A DNA stretch of 64,000 nt from a virus. Position numbers and translations under genes: made by a program. Position 1 is the first letter of the stretch. The number at the start of each line of letters is the position of its first letter. A model generated the notes under the pieces. It worked only from the letters and a program-made list of their open reading frames with translations. It was not told where the DNA came from and made no database searches. Of this stretch, positions 9,833-19,429 are shown one piece after another. Location of the stretch: IMG/VR virus record IMGVR_UViG_3300044611_002115, positions 13,540 to 77,539 of that record. The stretch is one strand, 5' to 3'.

Positions 9833-10534
9833 ATGATCGCGGAAGAAGCCAATCTCAACCTCGTTGATTTTTTCATCTCCTTAGATGAAAGCCCGCAGCA
9901 AGCGCTCCGCGCCGCGCTCAACATCAACAGCCCCGCGCCCAAGACGCAGATCGTCGCCAACGACAAGCTGCGGGTGAGGCTGCACTTCTGCCGCGCAAGC
10001 GGGGGCGTGCTGTCCGAAGTCTCCTACCCCGTGGGCACGGTGGTTTCCATAGGGGCGATTCCCGCCAGCAGCACCTACGGGACGAGCGAGTTGTTTATTG
10101 CGGGGGCGTGCTCCCTAGTGGAGACGGAGACGAGCGCCTACTACGAGCTTGAGGTTAATGCGGCCACGTCAACGATGGCGACGCTGCTGAGCGCGGCCTC
10201 CTCCCGCGACATCATTGTGAACGTGCAGGTGTCCGACGCGCTGGGAGGGCTTGCCACGCAGCGCAGGACAGTCGCCTACTTCACCGCCGCAGCGCTCAAG
10301 GACGCGCTCAACGACGGCGGCGCAGCGCCAACCCCGTCGCCCGAATACTTGGGAATAGACGGGACGATTAACTGCGGCGGAGCGGCGGGGGATGCCACTT
10401 CATTTTCCAGCGCGGGCAGCACGTCCACGACGGGCAGCTCCAGCAGCTCCAACACGTCGGCATCAACCAGCGTGAGCGGCACGTTCACGACCACTGCCGC
10501 CACCAACACCTACTCAACGACATACCCAGCATGA
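9833..10534 (+). CDS. Putative virion protein with Ser/Thr-rich C-terminus
   Basis: 233-aa ORF ending in a long S/T tract. Confidence 0.65.
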   Translation: MIAEEANLNLVDFFISLDESPQQALRAALNINSPAPKTQIVANDKLRVRLHFCRASGGVLSEVSYPVGTVVSIGAIPASSTYGTSELFIAGACSLVETETSAYYELEVNAATSTMATLLSAASSRDIIVNVQVSDALGGLATQRRTVAYFTAAALKDALNDGGAAPTPSPEYLGIDGTINCGGAAGDATSFSSAGSTSTTGSSSSSNTSASTSVSGTFTTTAATNTYSTTYPA

Positions 10535-10719
10535 GCGCAGACCCAATCCTTCTACGCAAACAAGACGAGCTGCCCTCTAACCCGCCCGACGCGGGAACCA
10601 TTGAGCTTTACGTGGGGGCTGACGGCAAGCCCAAGCAGCGCGGCGTGGACGGCGTGGAAAAAGATTTAGGCGGGACAACCCTCACAGAGATTGACGGAGG
10701 GGACGCCTACAGCGTATAG
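10531..10719 (+). CDS. Small virion-associated protein
   Basis: 62 aa, ends in the IDGGDA motif typical of fibre/adaptor proteins. Confidence 0.55.
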   Translation: MSADPILLRKQDELPSNPPDAGTIELYVGADGKPKQRGVDGVEKDLGGTTLTEIDGGDAYSV

Positions 10720-10735
10720 AGAGGAAACCAATACC

Positions 10736-11617
10736 ATGAAAGTAAGACTTCGCAGATCAACCTTGGCAGAATGGACAGAAGTGAATCCCGTGCTCTTGCT
10801 GGGCGAAGCGGGATATGAAAGCGACACCCGCCTCATGCGGGTGGGTGATGGCACAACGGCCTTCCTTTCACTGCCTCATGTGAAGGCGGCAGCGGAGTCC
10901 ATCATCGCAAAAGTAACGGTGGCGGATCAGGCGGCTCGTTACGCCCTGACTTTGCAACAGGTGCAAAATGGCGACTACGTTTTCCAGACTGACACCTCCG
11001 TTCTCTACGAGGTGACGGATCAGACCGCCCTCAACGGTGCGGGAGGCTATACCGCCCTTGCCACGGTCACGGCTGCGGCGATTTCCGACTCCACAGCCGC
11101 AGGCCGCGCATTGCTCACGGCGGCGGATGCGGCGGAGCAGCGCACACTGATCGGCGCGGTGTATCCAACGATGCTGTTTCCTTCTGGGCAGAACATTATT
11201 GGGGATATTCCTACTGATTGGGGAAATGGAACCCATGACACAACACTGATTTTTGGAAATGCCGTAACTGCGATTGGAGGTGCAGTGTTCAACTACTGCG
11301 CTAGTCTCACCGGAACCCTAATTATTCCAAGCACAGTAATCACGGTTGGCCCTAGTGCCTTTGGAGGTTGCGCATTCACTGAGCTTACCATCCCCAACTC
11401 AGTAGCCATTCTCGGTGATGGGGCATTTAACAGTATGGGGTATTTGACTAGGGTTAATTGCTATGTCACCAAAACCATTATTGATTCCGGTTATGGTATG
11501 TTTGAAAGCATCGGTTCTCTTACCCTCCATGCGAGAGCTTCAGACGCAACATGGACGGCAGGCACCGGACTCACAGTTGGTGAGTGTTACAATGTAACCG
11601 TTATCAAAGACCTATGA
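10736..11617 (+). CDS. Fibre/receptor-binding protein: Mtd-N/hyaluronidase-type N-terminus with BspA-like leucine-rich repeats
   Basis: LRRSTLAEWTEVNPVLLLGEAGYESDT..RVGDG, followed by IPSTVITVGPSAF and IPNSVAILGDGAF repeats. Confidence 0.8.
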   Translation: MKVRLRRSTLAEWTEVNPVLLLGEAGYESDTRLMRVGDGTTAFLSLPHVKAAAESIIAKVTVADQAARYALTLQQVQNGDYVFQTDTSVLYEVTDQTALNGAGGYTALATVTAAAISDSTAAGRALLTAADAAEQRTLIGAVYPTMLFPSGQNIIGDIPTDWGNGTHDTTLIFGNAVTAIGGAVFNYCASLTGTLIIPSTVITVGPSAFGGCAFTELTIPNSVAILGDGAFNSMGYLTRVNCYVTKTIIDSGYGMFESIGSLTLHARASDATWTAGTGLTVGECYNVTVIKDL

Positions 11618-12096
11618 AATACGCACTTCTAAGCTCCCACAAATTCATCAACCGAATCTCCGACACTGAACCGCAGTCCATTGCGGAACGAGCAACCGTT
11701 GAGCAGATCACCGATGACCAAGCCGCACAGGTTGAGGCTGGTCGCACCAGCACTCCTCCTGTCCGCTATTTCCTGATCGGCGGAACACTTCTGACCATGC
11801 AGCAGAAGATGGAGGCCGACCGCGCTGCCCGTCTCGCGGAACGTGCCGCCAGCATGACACCGGAGCAGAAGATCGCGGCAGGGGAGCAGTATGTCATCAA
11901 CTCAGGAATCACCGGATTTCGCCTCGGTGCATTGCAAGACCGTTTGCTGACAGCGAAGGAGGCGGGAACTCTCGCCAGCAAACCGAAACTGGTAGCTCTC
12001 TACACATGGCTCCAGACGGTGAAGGCTATGGCGATTGCCGGAAGCGTTTCCTTCCCTCCCGCACCGCACACATTTGAAGAAGTCGTCAGCGAATGA
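11614..12096 (+). CDS. Hypothetical protein, possibly fibre assembly chaperone
   Basis: Directly follows the fibre gene with an ATGA overlap. Confidence 0.65.
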   Translation: MKYALLSSHKFINRISDTEPQSIAERATVEQITDDQAAQVEAGRTSTPPVRYFLIGGTLLTMQQKMEADRAARLAERAASMTPEQKIAAGEQYVINSGITGFRLGALQDRLLTAKEAGTLASKPKLVALYTWLQTVKAMAIAGSVSFPPAPHTFEEVVSE

Positions 12097-12476
12097 GCGA
12101 GCCCGACACTGTTAATCTCCGGCTTGATAACTTGGAGGATTTCCGGGCCGAGCAATTGTCCCTGAACAAGTCCATCTTGGAGGCGCTGCACCGGATCGAG
12201 CTTGGCCTGCAAAGCGCCCGCGACAAGGCGTGTCCGTTGCCGGGGCATTGCGTGGTGCTCGAAAGCACGATGAAGGAGAAATACAGCGCGGACGTGCTCC
12301 GGTTTTCCCGGCTCGAAACCCGCATCGCTGAAAACGACGCGTGGCGAAAGGAGATCGAGGGAAAAATCGACTCGCTGAAAACCACCTTGAATCGCGGCCT
12401 TGGCGCGGTCGGGTTGCTCACTGTCGCGATGCCGCTGCTGACGTGGTTCATCATTAACCACCTCGTAAACCGATGA
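12093..12476 (+). CDS. Coiled-coil protein with C-terminal TM (holin/lysis-associated)
   Basis: C-terminal hydrophobic helix; first gene of the lysis cluster. Confidence 0.55.
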   Translation: MSEPDTVNLRLDNLEDFRAEQLSLNKSILEALHRIELGLQSARDKACPLPGHCVVLESTMKEKYSADVLRFSRLETRIAENDAWRKEIEGKIDSLKTTLNRGLGAVGLLTVAMPLLTWFIINHLVNR

Positions 12477-12769
12477 AATGCCATCTCCTGATTTCTGTCC
12501 TCACTGCCCTCAGTTTGTCTGTGGGTTGCACGGCACCGCGCCATGCTGTTTCGCACCCCCTAGCGGGAGTGCGGGGTCAGGCGGCGGGCATCACGGAGAC
12601 AATCACCTTAGCCAAGAGCGACGGGAAGGAAGTGCGCAAGAGCCTGACAGCGGCGCAGGACGCCGCCCAGCGCGCGTGGCAGGACAGCAAGACGGTGAAG
12701 GGCTACCATGACGGCTTCCGCAGCCACCTTGACCGCGCGGACTACAAAATCCAACGCCTGCTCGAATGA
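12473..12769 (+). CDS. Lipoprotein, possible o-spanin
   Basis: Signal peptide with lipobox LSVG-C. Confidence 0.55.
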   Translation: MKCHLLISVLTALSLSVGCTAPRHAVSHPLAGVRGQAAGITETITLAKSDGKEVRKSLTAAQDAAQRAWQDSKTVKGYHDGFRSHLDRADYKIQRLLE

Positions 12770-13302
12770 AAATCCTCGTCGCCTTAGTCCTCGCTGCAAC
12801 TGTTGCAACTTCCATCGCCCTGACCCCAGCGGAGCAGCGGGAGTATGTGAAGGGGTTGCAGGTTGAGCTGAACGCGCTGCGTGCAAACCTTGAGGGCGCG
12901 GAGAACGCCAATGCCGCGCTGCAAGTAAACCTCGACACAACCAAGTCCGCGCTGCTCGCATCCTACCAAAAGAACGAGACGGCGCTTGCTGTGCAAACCG
13001 CCGCGCTCACGCAGCTCATGCGCATGGAGGCAGACCTCAAGGTTAAGGACGAGGCATACGGCAAGCTCATTGCGGACAACGAGCAGCTCAAGCTCGACAA
13101 GGCGGCGGAGCATGCCAAATACATCCGCGCCAAATTTTTCATTGGCGGAGTGGCGGGCGTGATTGCTGCCATGCTCTGCGTCCTGCTGCTGCTAAAGTAT
13201 GCGGGACTCGCGCTCAACACGCTGCCCGGTTTAGGCGTCGTTGCGGGTGCTCCCATCGTTGTTGGTGGGCTGGTGTTTGGTGCCGCCCAGCTTTTCTTCT
13301 AA
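12766..13302 (+). CDS. Signal peptide, coiled coil and 2 TM protein; possible spanin
   Basis: Hydrophobic N-terminus, long heptad region, two C-terminal TM helices. Confidence 0.55.
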   Translation: MKILVALVLAATVATSIALTPAEQREYVKGLQVELNALRANLEGAENANAALQVNLDTTKSALLASYQKNETALAVQTAALTQLMRMEADLKVKDEAYGKLIADNEQLKLDKAAEHAKYIRAKFFIGGVAGVIAAMLCVLLLLKYAGLALNTLPGLGVVAGAPIVVGGLVFGAAQLFF

Positions 13303-13321
13303 CCCATCCACCTCGCCCCTT

Positions 13322-13726
13322 ATGATCCACCGCGTCCTCACCCTCATCTACAAAGTGCTGCGCAGGCTAGTCTCCTCTTGGGCCGTGCTGCTGCTTGCAT
13401 CCGTTGCCACTTGGCTGTTCCTGTGCCTCCCTCCCATCGTGCGCAGCTACGACCCCACGGCGGGGAACTACGACGGGGGCTTCGTGCTGTGGATTGGGCT
13501 GGGGCTTGCGCTTGCGTGCATCGTGCTCGCCGCGTCTTGGATCGTGTGGCAGCTTGGCTTCGGCAGCATTGACCGCGCCACGGCAAGCAAGGAAGCGGAG
13601 TTTGGGCACTTGGAGGATTGGTTCCACGCGTGCACGCCGCTCCAAAAGGTGCTGCTCACGCAGGGGACGTTCATCTTCGTCATTTGCTTCGTCCTCTACT
13701 GCCTCACCTTAGTCCAGACCAAATGA
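13322..13726 (+). CDS. 3-TM membrane protein, putative holin
   Basis: Three hydrophobic segments, immediately upstream of the endolysin. Confidence 0.55.
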   Translation: MIHRVLTLIYKVLRRLVSSWAVLLLASVATWLFLCLPPIVRSYDPTAGNYDGGFVLWIGLGLALACIVLAASWIVWQLGFGSIDRATASKEAEFGHLEDWFHACTPLQKVLLTQGTFIFVICFVLYCLTLVQTK

Positions 13727-14289
13727 CCCGTGCGTTTTTACTTGCCGCCATTCTTGCTCCGCTGGTTTGCCACGGTCAGCTTGTCGTGGGAGTTGAAGCG
13801 CCGCGCGCGGGAGCGCGAGATAGAATTCTCAGTGCCGCCAAGAGCCTCGTCGGAACCACAGAGGCCACGGGGAACAACGACGGCGCAGCCATTGACCGCA
13901 TCCTCGCCAGCGTCGGACTTGAAGGCACAGGCGCTCCCTACTGCGCCGCCTACAACCGATGGGTGTATGATGCGGCAGACCTGCGAGCTTTTGGCCCACG
14001 TTCAGCCCTCGCTGCCTCATGGGTGCAAGCTGCGACATGGACGCGCGCGGGCGGAGGGAGAACTCCGCTGTCCGGTGACACATGGGGCATCTACTTCCCC
14101 AGCAAAAAACGTGTCGCCCACACGGGCATCGTCTGGGTGTGGGGAAGCACAACAGTCAGAACCTTAGAGGCGAACACGTCGCCGGAGGCTGTAGCGGGCA
14201 GCGCTGCGGACAGGAATGGCGACGGGGTGTGGAGCAAGTATCGGCTCAAGAACCAAATCTATGCCTCTCGCAACTGGCTCGGAGATTAG
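13723..14289 (+). CDS. CHAP-family endolysin with N-terminal signal peptide
   Basis: E..GNNDG...APYCAA (catalytic Cys), AHTGIV (His), TLEANTS, GDGV. Confidence 0.85.
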   Translation: MTRAFLLAAILAPLVCHGQLVVGVEAPRAGARDRILSAAKSLVGTTEATGNNDGAAIDRILASVGLEGTGAPYCAAYNRWVYDAADLRAFGPRSALAASWVQAATWTRAGGGRTPLSGDTWGIYFPSKKRVAHTGIVWVWGSTTVRTLEANTSPEAVAGSAADRNGDGVWSKYRLKNQIYASRNWLGD

Positions 14290-15127
14290 GGCGCTCGCCT
14301 TTGTTGGCGCGGAGCGTGACTACTACTCCATCCTCGCCCAATCCTTCTTTCACGGCGCACGCGCAAAAGGCGTCACCGTGCTTCCCTACGGCGTCCAGCG
14401 GGGGGCGGGCGCGTGCGTGACGTGTGGGATGCGCCCAGAGCACGCCAAAGCGCGTGCAGCAGCACGCCGCAGGGGATTGCCCCTCGTCGTGCTGGAGCTT
14501 GGCTACATGCGCCGCGCCACCAGCAAGTATCTCCCGACAGGCTACTACCAAGTCGGCATAGGAGGCATCGGGTGGGTTCCCCGAGAGCAGACGCCCCCAG
14601 ACAGGTTCGACGCCCTTAACCTTCCCGTCTATAACGACCACGCGGACGCCAGCGGGTGCTGGTTGATTGTGGGGCAGGTGCCCAACGACGCACAGCACCG
14701 CTTGGACGCGGACAAGCTGCTGCGCTGGTATGAGCGGGCGGCGGATGGCATACGCGCCAAGCACGCGGGCGCTCACATTATTTTTCGATCCCACCCCAAA
14801 GGCCCGCTCGTGCTCAACGGCGTGGAGCAGCAGAACGGGATGGACAACCCCATCAACTTCCATGCCGTGCGCTGCGTTGTCACCTACAACTCCACGTTCT
14901 TCTACGAGTCCACACTGGCGGGCGTGCCCGTGCAGTGCGCGCCCTGCGCACACTACGCGTCCGAGTGCGCACCCGTGGGGGCCGCGCCCGCGTGCAGAAC
15001 GGCCTCTAAAAAGCTCCCGTTCCTGCGCCGTATGGCCTACGCGCAATGGACAGCGGAGGAGCTTGCAGCGGGAGAGGCTTGGGGGTTCCTCAAAAATAAA
15101 CTGCAACAGTTGCACTTTTCTCATTGA
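14261..15127 (+). CDS. Capsular polysaccharide biosynthesis (KpsS/KpsC-like) glycosyltransferase-fold protein
   Basis: VLELGYM, LIVGQVPNDAQ, IFRSHP, VVTYNST..ES.LAGVPV and AYAQWT..E...GEAW. Confidence 0.75.
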   Translation: MPLATGSEIRALAFVGAERDYYSILAQSFFHGARAKGVTVLPYGVQRGAGACVTCGMRPEHAKARAAARRRGLPLVVLELGYMRRATSKYLPTGYYQVGIGGIGWVPREQTPPDRFDALNLPVYNDHADASGCWLIVGQVPNDAQHRLDADKLLRWYERAADGIRAKHAGAHIIFRSHPKGPLVLNGVEQQNGMDNPINFHAVRCVVTYNSTFFYESTLAGVPVQCAPCAHYASECAPVGAAPACRTASKKLPFLRRMAYAQWTAEELAAGEAWGFLKNKLQQLHFSH

Positions 15128-15270
15128 CTCACCGCGCGCGTTGTGGTGATTTCCTCCCAACGGCTCTAATGCCACCAACGCGAAACGAAAAATCTTGAGG
15201 AGAGTATCGGGAGGCGGAAAGGGTTAGGAGCCACACAAACCAAACTCAGCATCCAAAGGAAAACATTCTT

Positions 15271-16929
15271 ATGAACAAGACCCAGAAACTCCGCCTCAAG
15301 GCTCTCCTCGCGCTCGACGCGTCGAAGCTCTCCGACACGGAAAAGCAGGAGTTGGCAACTTTGCAGTCCACTGCGAAAGCCGCCAACTGGAACCCCGAAA
15401 CCGACGCCATCGAAGACGAGGGCTTGCTCTCGGAAGATGATGTCAAAGGCGTCGTTGTTGACGCGCTCAAAGCCATCGGCCTCGACGCCGACAGCGTGAA
15501 GGCCATCCGCGAGTCCCTCAAGGGCGACGGAACCGCACCGCTCAAAGTCGAGGACATTACGAAGGCCATCGAGCAGCACATCGGCGGCAAGGGCATCGAC
15601 CAAGCCGCGCTTCTCGCGGAAATCAAAAAGGCGATCCCCGCGTCCAAAGGCATCACCGCCGACGAGCTTGACGCCAAGCTCACGGAGTTCGCCAAAGGAC
15701 TCAAGGCTCCGTCCCGCATGGAGTTCAACACGGAGGACGCCTCGTTCCCGATTGAGCACCGCATGGGCAACCTCACCGTCGCCCAGAAGCAGCTCGCCAA
15801 CATCTGCCTCATGCACGTGACCGACGAGGCCATCGCCAACAGCGGCATCAAGCGCCCTGTCAGCATGGACGACGGCATCACACCGGAGCAGCTCAAAGCC
15901 GCTGCACGCAATGGCGACCGCCACTGCAAGTCCGTCCGCATGGAAGCCGTGTATGGCCGCAAAGCCATCACCGCTGGTGGAGCCGGAAGCGGCGCGGAGC
16001 TGGTCAACCATGACCTCTCCAGCGACCTGCTTGCGCGCCTCTACTTGGAGTCCGCACTCGCTGCGGAGTTCACCGCGCAGGAAATCAACATGCCCAGCAA
16101 TCCGTTCACGCTGCCGCTCACCACAACCCGCCCCGTCTTCAAAGTCGGTTCGGAAGGTGCCGCTGGAACAAACAGCGATCCGGGCACTGCTGCTCCTGTG
16201 TTGACTGCGGGCAAGCTCATCGGCCAGTCGTCCTACAGCTACGAAGCGGAGGAAGATGCCATCATCGCCATCCTGCCCATGTTGCAGGAGAGCCTTGGCG
16301 CTGCCGCTGCTGACGCGCTGGAAGGCGCGCTGCTCAACGGCGACACGACTGCGACCCACATGGACAGCGACATCCACGCTGTTTCCCTGCACTCGTCCAA
16401 ACTGTTCAAGGGCTTCCGCAAGCTCGCACTCGCAGGGGGCATCACCTCCTCGTTTGCCACTGGCGGCATCAGCGCTGACAACATTGGGGCGCTGCGCAAG
16501 AAGATGGGCAAGTATGGCGTCAAGCCCCGCGACCTCATCATCGTGGCTGGCGTGAAGGGTTACAACGACCTCGTGCAGCTCGACGAGACGCTGACCGCTG
16601 AAAAAGTGGGCAGCAACATTGCCCGCATCATCACCGGCGAAGCTCCCGTCCTGTTCGGCATGCGCATCATCACCTCGGCACAGGTTCGTGAGGACTTGAA
16701 CGCCTCGGGTGTGTATGACGGCAGCACGACCACCAAAGGCAGCTTGCTCATCGTCCACAAACCCAGCTTCCTGTTGGGCGTGCGCCGTGGGTTCACTGTC
16801 GAAGTGGAAACCGTCAAGCGCGAACAACTCAACTATGTCGTGGCCTCGTTCCGCCGCGCGTTTGCTCCGAAGGAAACCCCGTCGGCTACGGAGTCGATGG
16901 TGGCCCTCGGCTACAATTTTACCGCTTGA
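15271..16929 (+). CDS. Major capsid protein, HK97 fold with N-terminal scaffold (delta) domain
   Basis: 552 aa, strongly biased codons, S.E.EEDA, E.ALLNGD, LFGMRIITS; followed by a strong terminator. Confidence 0.92.
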   Translation: MNKTQKLRLKALLALDASKLSDTEKQELATLQSTAKAANWNPETDAIEDEGLLSEDDVKGVVVDALKAIGLDADSVKAIRESLKGDGTAPLKVEDITKAIEQHIGGKGIDQAALLAEIKKAIPASKGITADELDAKLTEFAKGLKAPSRMEFNTEDASFPIEHRMGNLTVAQKQLANICLMHVTDEAIANSGIKRPVSMDDGITPEQLKAAARNGDRHCKSVRMEAVYGRKAITAGGAGSGAELVNHDLSSDLLARLYLESALAAEFTAQEINMPSNPFTLPLTTTRPVFKVGSEGAAGTNSDPGTAAPVLTAGKLIGQSSYSYEAEEDAIIAILPMLQESLGAAAADALEGALLNGDTTATHMDSDIHAVSLHSSKLFKGFRKLALAGGITSSFATGGISADNIGALRKKMGKYGVKPRDLIIVAGVKGYNDLVQLDETLTAEKVGSNIARIITGEAPVLFGMRIITSAQVREDLNASGVYDGSTTTKGSLLIVHKPSFLLGVRRGFTVEVETVKREQLNYVVASFRRAFAPKETPSATESMVALGYNFTA

Positions 16930-16956
16930 GCGATCTTGAGGTAAGATAAATTCAAC

Positions 16957-16995
16957 AAGGCCCGCTCCAGCAATGGGGCGGGCCTTTTCATTTTC
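16957..16995 (+). terminator. Intrinsic terminator
   Basis: AAGGCCCGCTCCA-GCAA-TGGGGCGGGCCTT followed by a T-rich tail. Confidence 0.85.
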
Positions 16996-17045
16996 ACCTT
17001 TTTCCCTTGCCAGCTTAGCATTTGCAGTTCTATTGTGAGCACGCC

Positions 17046-17522
17046 ATGAGACGAGTAAAATACACAGGCCAGCCAACATCGCTGGGGCGTCACGGGGAAA
17101 TTCAAGCGGGAGCAGTGCTCCAGCTAAGGGAAAGTGAATATGCCTCCATCCGCAACAACCCGCTGTTCAAGTTGGAGGGCGACATTAACCCCGCACCCAA
17201 ACACAAGAACTCCCGCCTAATGCCTTGGGCAATGCCGGAGTTCGACCTTCGCACCGTGCGCTGGAAGGGGAACTTGGAGCGGCAGCTTTTCCGCATGACC
17301 AAGACGCGGCTGTGCAAGGTGGGGCAAGCCATGCGGCGCATGGGCATCCCCGCCCTCTACTCCCGCGAGGAGGAGCGCCTCAACCTCATCGACTCCATCC
17401 ACTACTACGCCGCGTTCTACGGGTGGGACAAGATGGACAGGAACACCATTATGAACTGCGGCGAGTTCGACCCCCGCACATTCAAGCGGGCGCTGGCAGA
17501 GCCGCTGCAACAGTTGCAATGA
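17046..17522 (+). CDS. Hypothetical protein (N-terminal GRHGE domain)
   Basis: ORF after the capsid gene; N-terminus paralogous to the 8452 ORF. Confidence 0.7.
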   Translation: MRRVKYTGQPTSLGRHGEIQAGAVLQLRESEYASIRNNPLFKLEGDINPAPKHKNSRLMPWAMPEFDLRTVRWKGNLERQLFRMTKTRLCKVGQAMRRMGIPALYSREEERLNLIDSIHYYAAFYGWDKMDRNTIMNCGEFDPRTFKRALAEPLQQLQ

Positions 17523-17719
17523 GCACTCCCGTCAACAAGGCCACCGTGGAGCGCATGCTCGCACGTGTTAAGGGTTCGCGGCACACGGAGCTTCTCGCGG
17601 AGCTACAGGCGGCGGACGACAGCCAAGAAAAGTTGACCGCCCTGCATTTGAAGCTGGTCAGGGAGGCGGGGACGGCATCATACTCCCACAAGCGCGCCGA
17701 CGTGCGCGACACACGCTAA
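17519..17719 (+). CDS. Hypothetical protein
   Basis: 66 aa, ATGA overlap. Confidence 0.6.
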   Translation: MSTPVNKATVERMLARVKGSRHTELLAELQAADDSQEKLTALHLKLVREAGTASYSHKRADVRDTR

Positions 17720-17731
17720 CCCATCACTCCT

Positions 17732-18328
17732 ATGTCCGTCACACTCGACCGCCCATACTGCACGCTGGAGGAAGTCCAGAAAGAGTGCCGCAACAAAGAC
17801 TCCGTGCAGAACGATTGGTTTAGCACGTGCATCAACAACGCGTCGCGGGCCGTGGACGACTTCCTGCGCAGGGACTACCTGCTGCACGACCACCGCAGCA
17901 CCCCGCTCAAGGTCAAGCGCGACTGGCTTGCGGAACCCAACAGGCTCGTCCTGCCGTGGCCTATCCTAACCCTCACCGCCATCACGCAGAGCGGCGCGGG
18001 GCTAAGCGCTGCGGACTACGACTTCACGGCTGGGGAAAACAGCATCACCTACATCAAGCAGTGGCCGGAGTTCCTGTTCCCCTCTCCCGCCCTCTACCTC
18101 ACGGGAACCTTTGGCTACGCGCAGGAAGCCACGGACGGGGCGACGAAGCCACCCGTGGGCATACCCGCGCCCGTGCGCCACGCCACCGTCCTCATCGCCT
18201 CCGCGTGGAGCGTGCAGAACCGCACGGAAAAGCTAAGCCTTGAGGGGCAGACCCAAAGCCTGCTCGACACCAAAATTCCCGACGAGGCTCGCAAGCTGCT
18301 GGAGCCGAAAATCTACAGGTTCTTATGA
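17732..18328 (+). CDS. Head-tail connector/adaptor
   Basis: YCTLEEV...INNASRAVD...GTFGY...IPAPVRHA..LIA...IPDEA..LL. Confidence 0.85.
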   Translation: MSVTLDRPYCTLEEVQKECRNKDSVQNDWFSTCINNASRAVDDFLRRDYLLHDHRSTPLKVKRDWLAEPNRLVLPWPILTLTAITQSGAGLSAADYDFTAGENSITYIKQWPEFLFPSPALYLTGTFGYAQEATDGATKPPVGIPAPVRHATVLIASAWSVQNRTEKLSLEGQTQSLLDTKIPDEARKLLEPKIYRFL

Positions 18329-18804
18329 TCCGAGTTGTTACGCGCACGGAAAGGGCGCGGGCGTTTGTTGCCAAGCTCAAAGTTGGCATGGCCGCCATAG
18401 AGGTGTCCAATGTCATACAGCGCGTGGCGTGGGACACACACAGGCGGCTGGTCAGGGCCACGCCTAAGAAGTGGACGGGACAGACACGCAGGGGATGGAC
18501 GGTTAAGCGCAGCACGGGGGCGGGCTGGGCAGTCACCAACGAGTATCAGGTGATGGGCTTTCTTGAGTCGGGCACAAAGGCGCACGGCCCCAAGACGAAG
18601 AAGGCTCTGTTCATCCCGCTCAAGTCTAAGGCTCTCGCTGGCTGGGACGCGTCTCTTGTTTACGGCAAGGACTACGTGCTCGCCAAGCGTGTGAAGGGGA
18701 TAAAGGCGCTGCACATTGTAGAGAAGGAGCGCCCGCAGGCACAGCGCCGCCTAAAGGCTGCAATTGATAAGTTTACCAGAAAAGCTATACAAAGGAGCAA
18801 ATGA
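18325..18804 (+). CDS. HK97 gp10-like tail completion protein
   Basis: TPKKWTGQTRRGW...Y..FLESGT..H...GIKA. Confidence 0.8.
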   Translation: MIRVVTRTERARAFVAKLKVGMAAIEVSNVIQRVAWDTHRRLVRATPKKWTGQTRRGWTVKRSTGAGWAVTNEYQVMGFLESGTKAHGPKTKKALFIPLKSKALAGWDASLVYGKDYVLAKRVKGIKALHIVEKERPQAQRRLKAAIDKFTRKAIQRSK

Positions 18805-19355
18805 ATATCAACGACTACCCTATCCCCGCACGCCCGTTCGCTGTCATGGAGTCCCGCATCATTGCGGCCACTGCGGCGGGCAAGAAGCTCGCTGATGTCA
18901 CTTATGACAGGGAGTGCCATGTTCACCACATGGGCGCGGACGACCTGCCTATGATACAGCCCACAGAGTTCACATTCTTTGAGCGCGTGTTTGGCGGGCG
19001 CTCGCAGACACCCGCGCTGCAAGGCAACACGCAGCTCGTGAGCGAGGCAAAGGTCGGGTTCTTTGTCATAGGGCGCAGGGAGTATGGGTTTACACGCGCG
19101 GAGACGGCAGACGGAAAGGGAGTAATGGAGTGGGCCAGCATACTGATGGACGTTATTGAAACCAACGTGGGCGGCGGGGTGGCTGTCCCTCCCAGCCTAG
19201 TCAAGCCCGACATCCAAGACGCGTTCCTGCTGGGCACGCTCGCCAAGCCCGTCACCTTTGATATTAAGGAAAACTTCGTTGCCGAGCTGTCCCTCATTGT
19301 GCTTGTGGAGTGCACGCTGTTTTCCGTTCCCTACTGGCGGGCGGGGCGGAGTTAA
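18801..19355 (+). CDS. Putative tail terminator
   Basis: Position between gp10-like and tube genes. Confidence 0.55.
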   Translation: MNINDYPIPARPFAVMESRIIAATAAGKKLADVTYDRECHVHHMGADDLPMIQPTEFTFFERVFGGRSQTPALQGNTQLVSEAKVGFFVIGRREYGFTRAETADGKGVMEWASILMDVIETNVGGGVAVPPSLVKPDIQDAFLLGTLAKPVTFDIKENFVAELSLIVLVECTLFSVPYWRAGRS

Positions 19356-19429
19356 TTTTTTTCTTGCCAAACCCCGCGCCCTGAGTTCAGATGCGCTCGT
19401 AAGTCAACCTAAAAAAGGAGAACAAAATT

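Noticed and set aside
10736-11617. Diversity-generating retroelement suggested by the Mtd-like N-terminus
   Set aside because: No reverse transcriptase and no TR/VR pair differing at adenines seen.
15166-17079. Long minus-strand ORFs (637 aa here; also 40980-42269, 53769-55067, 37185-38384)
   Set aside because: Antisense shadows of GC3-rich plus-strand genes, with no recognisable motifs.
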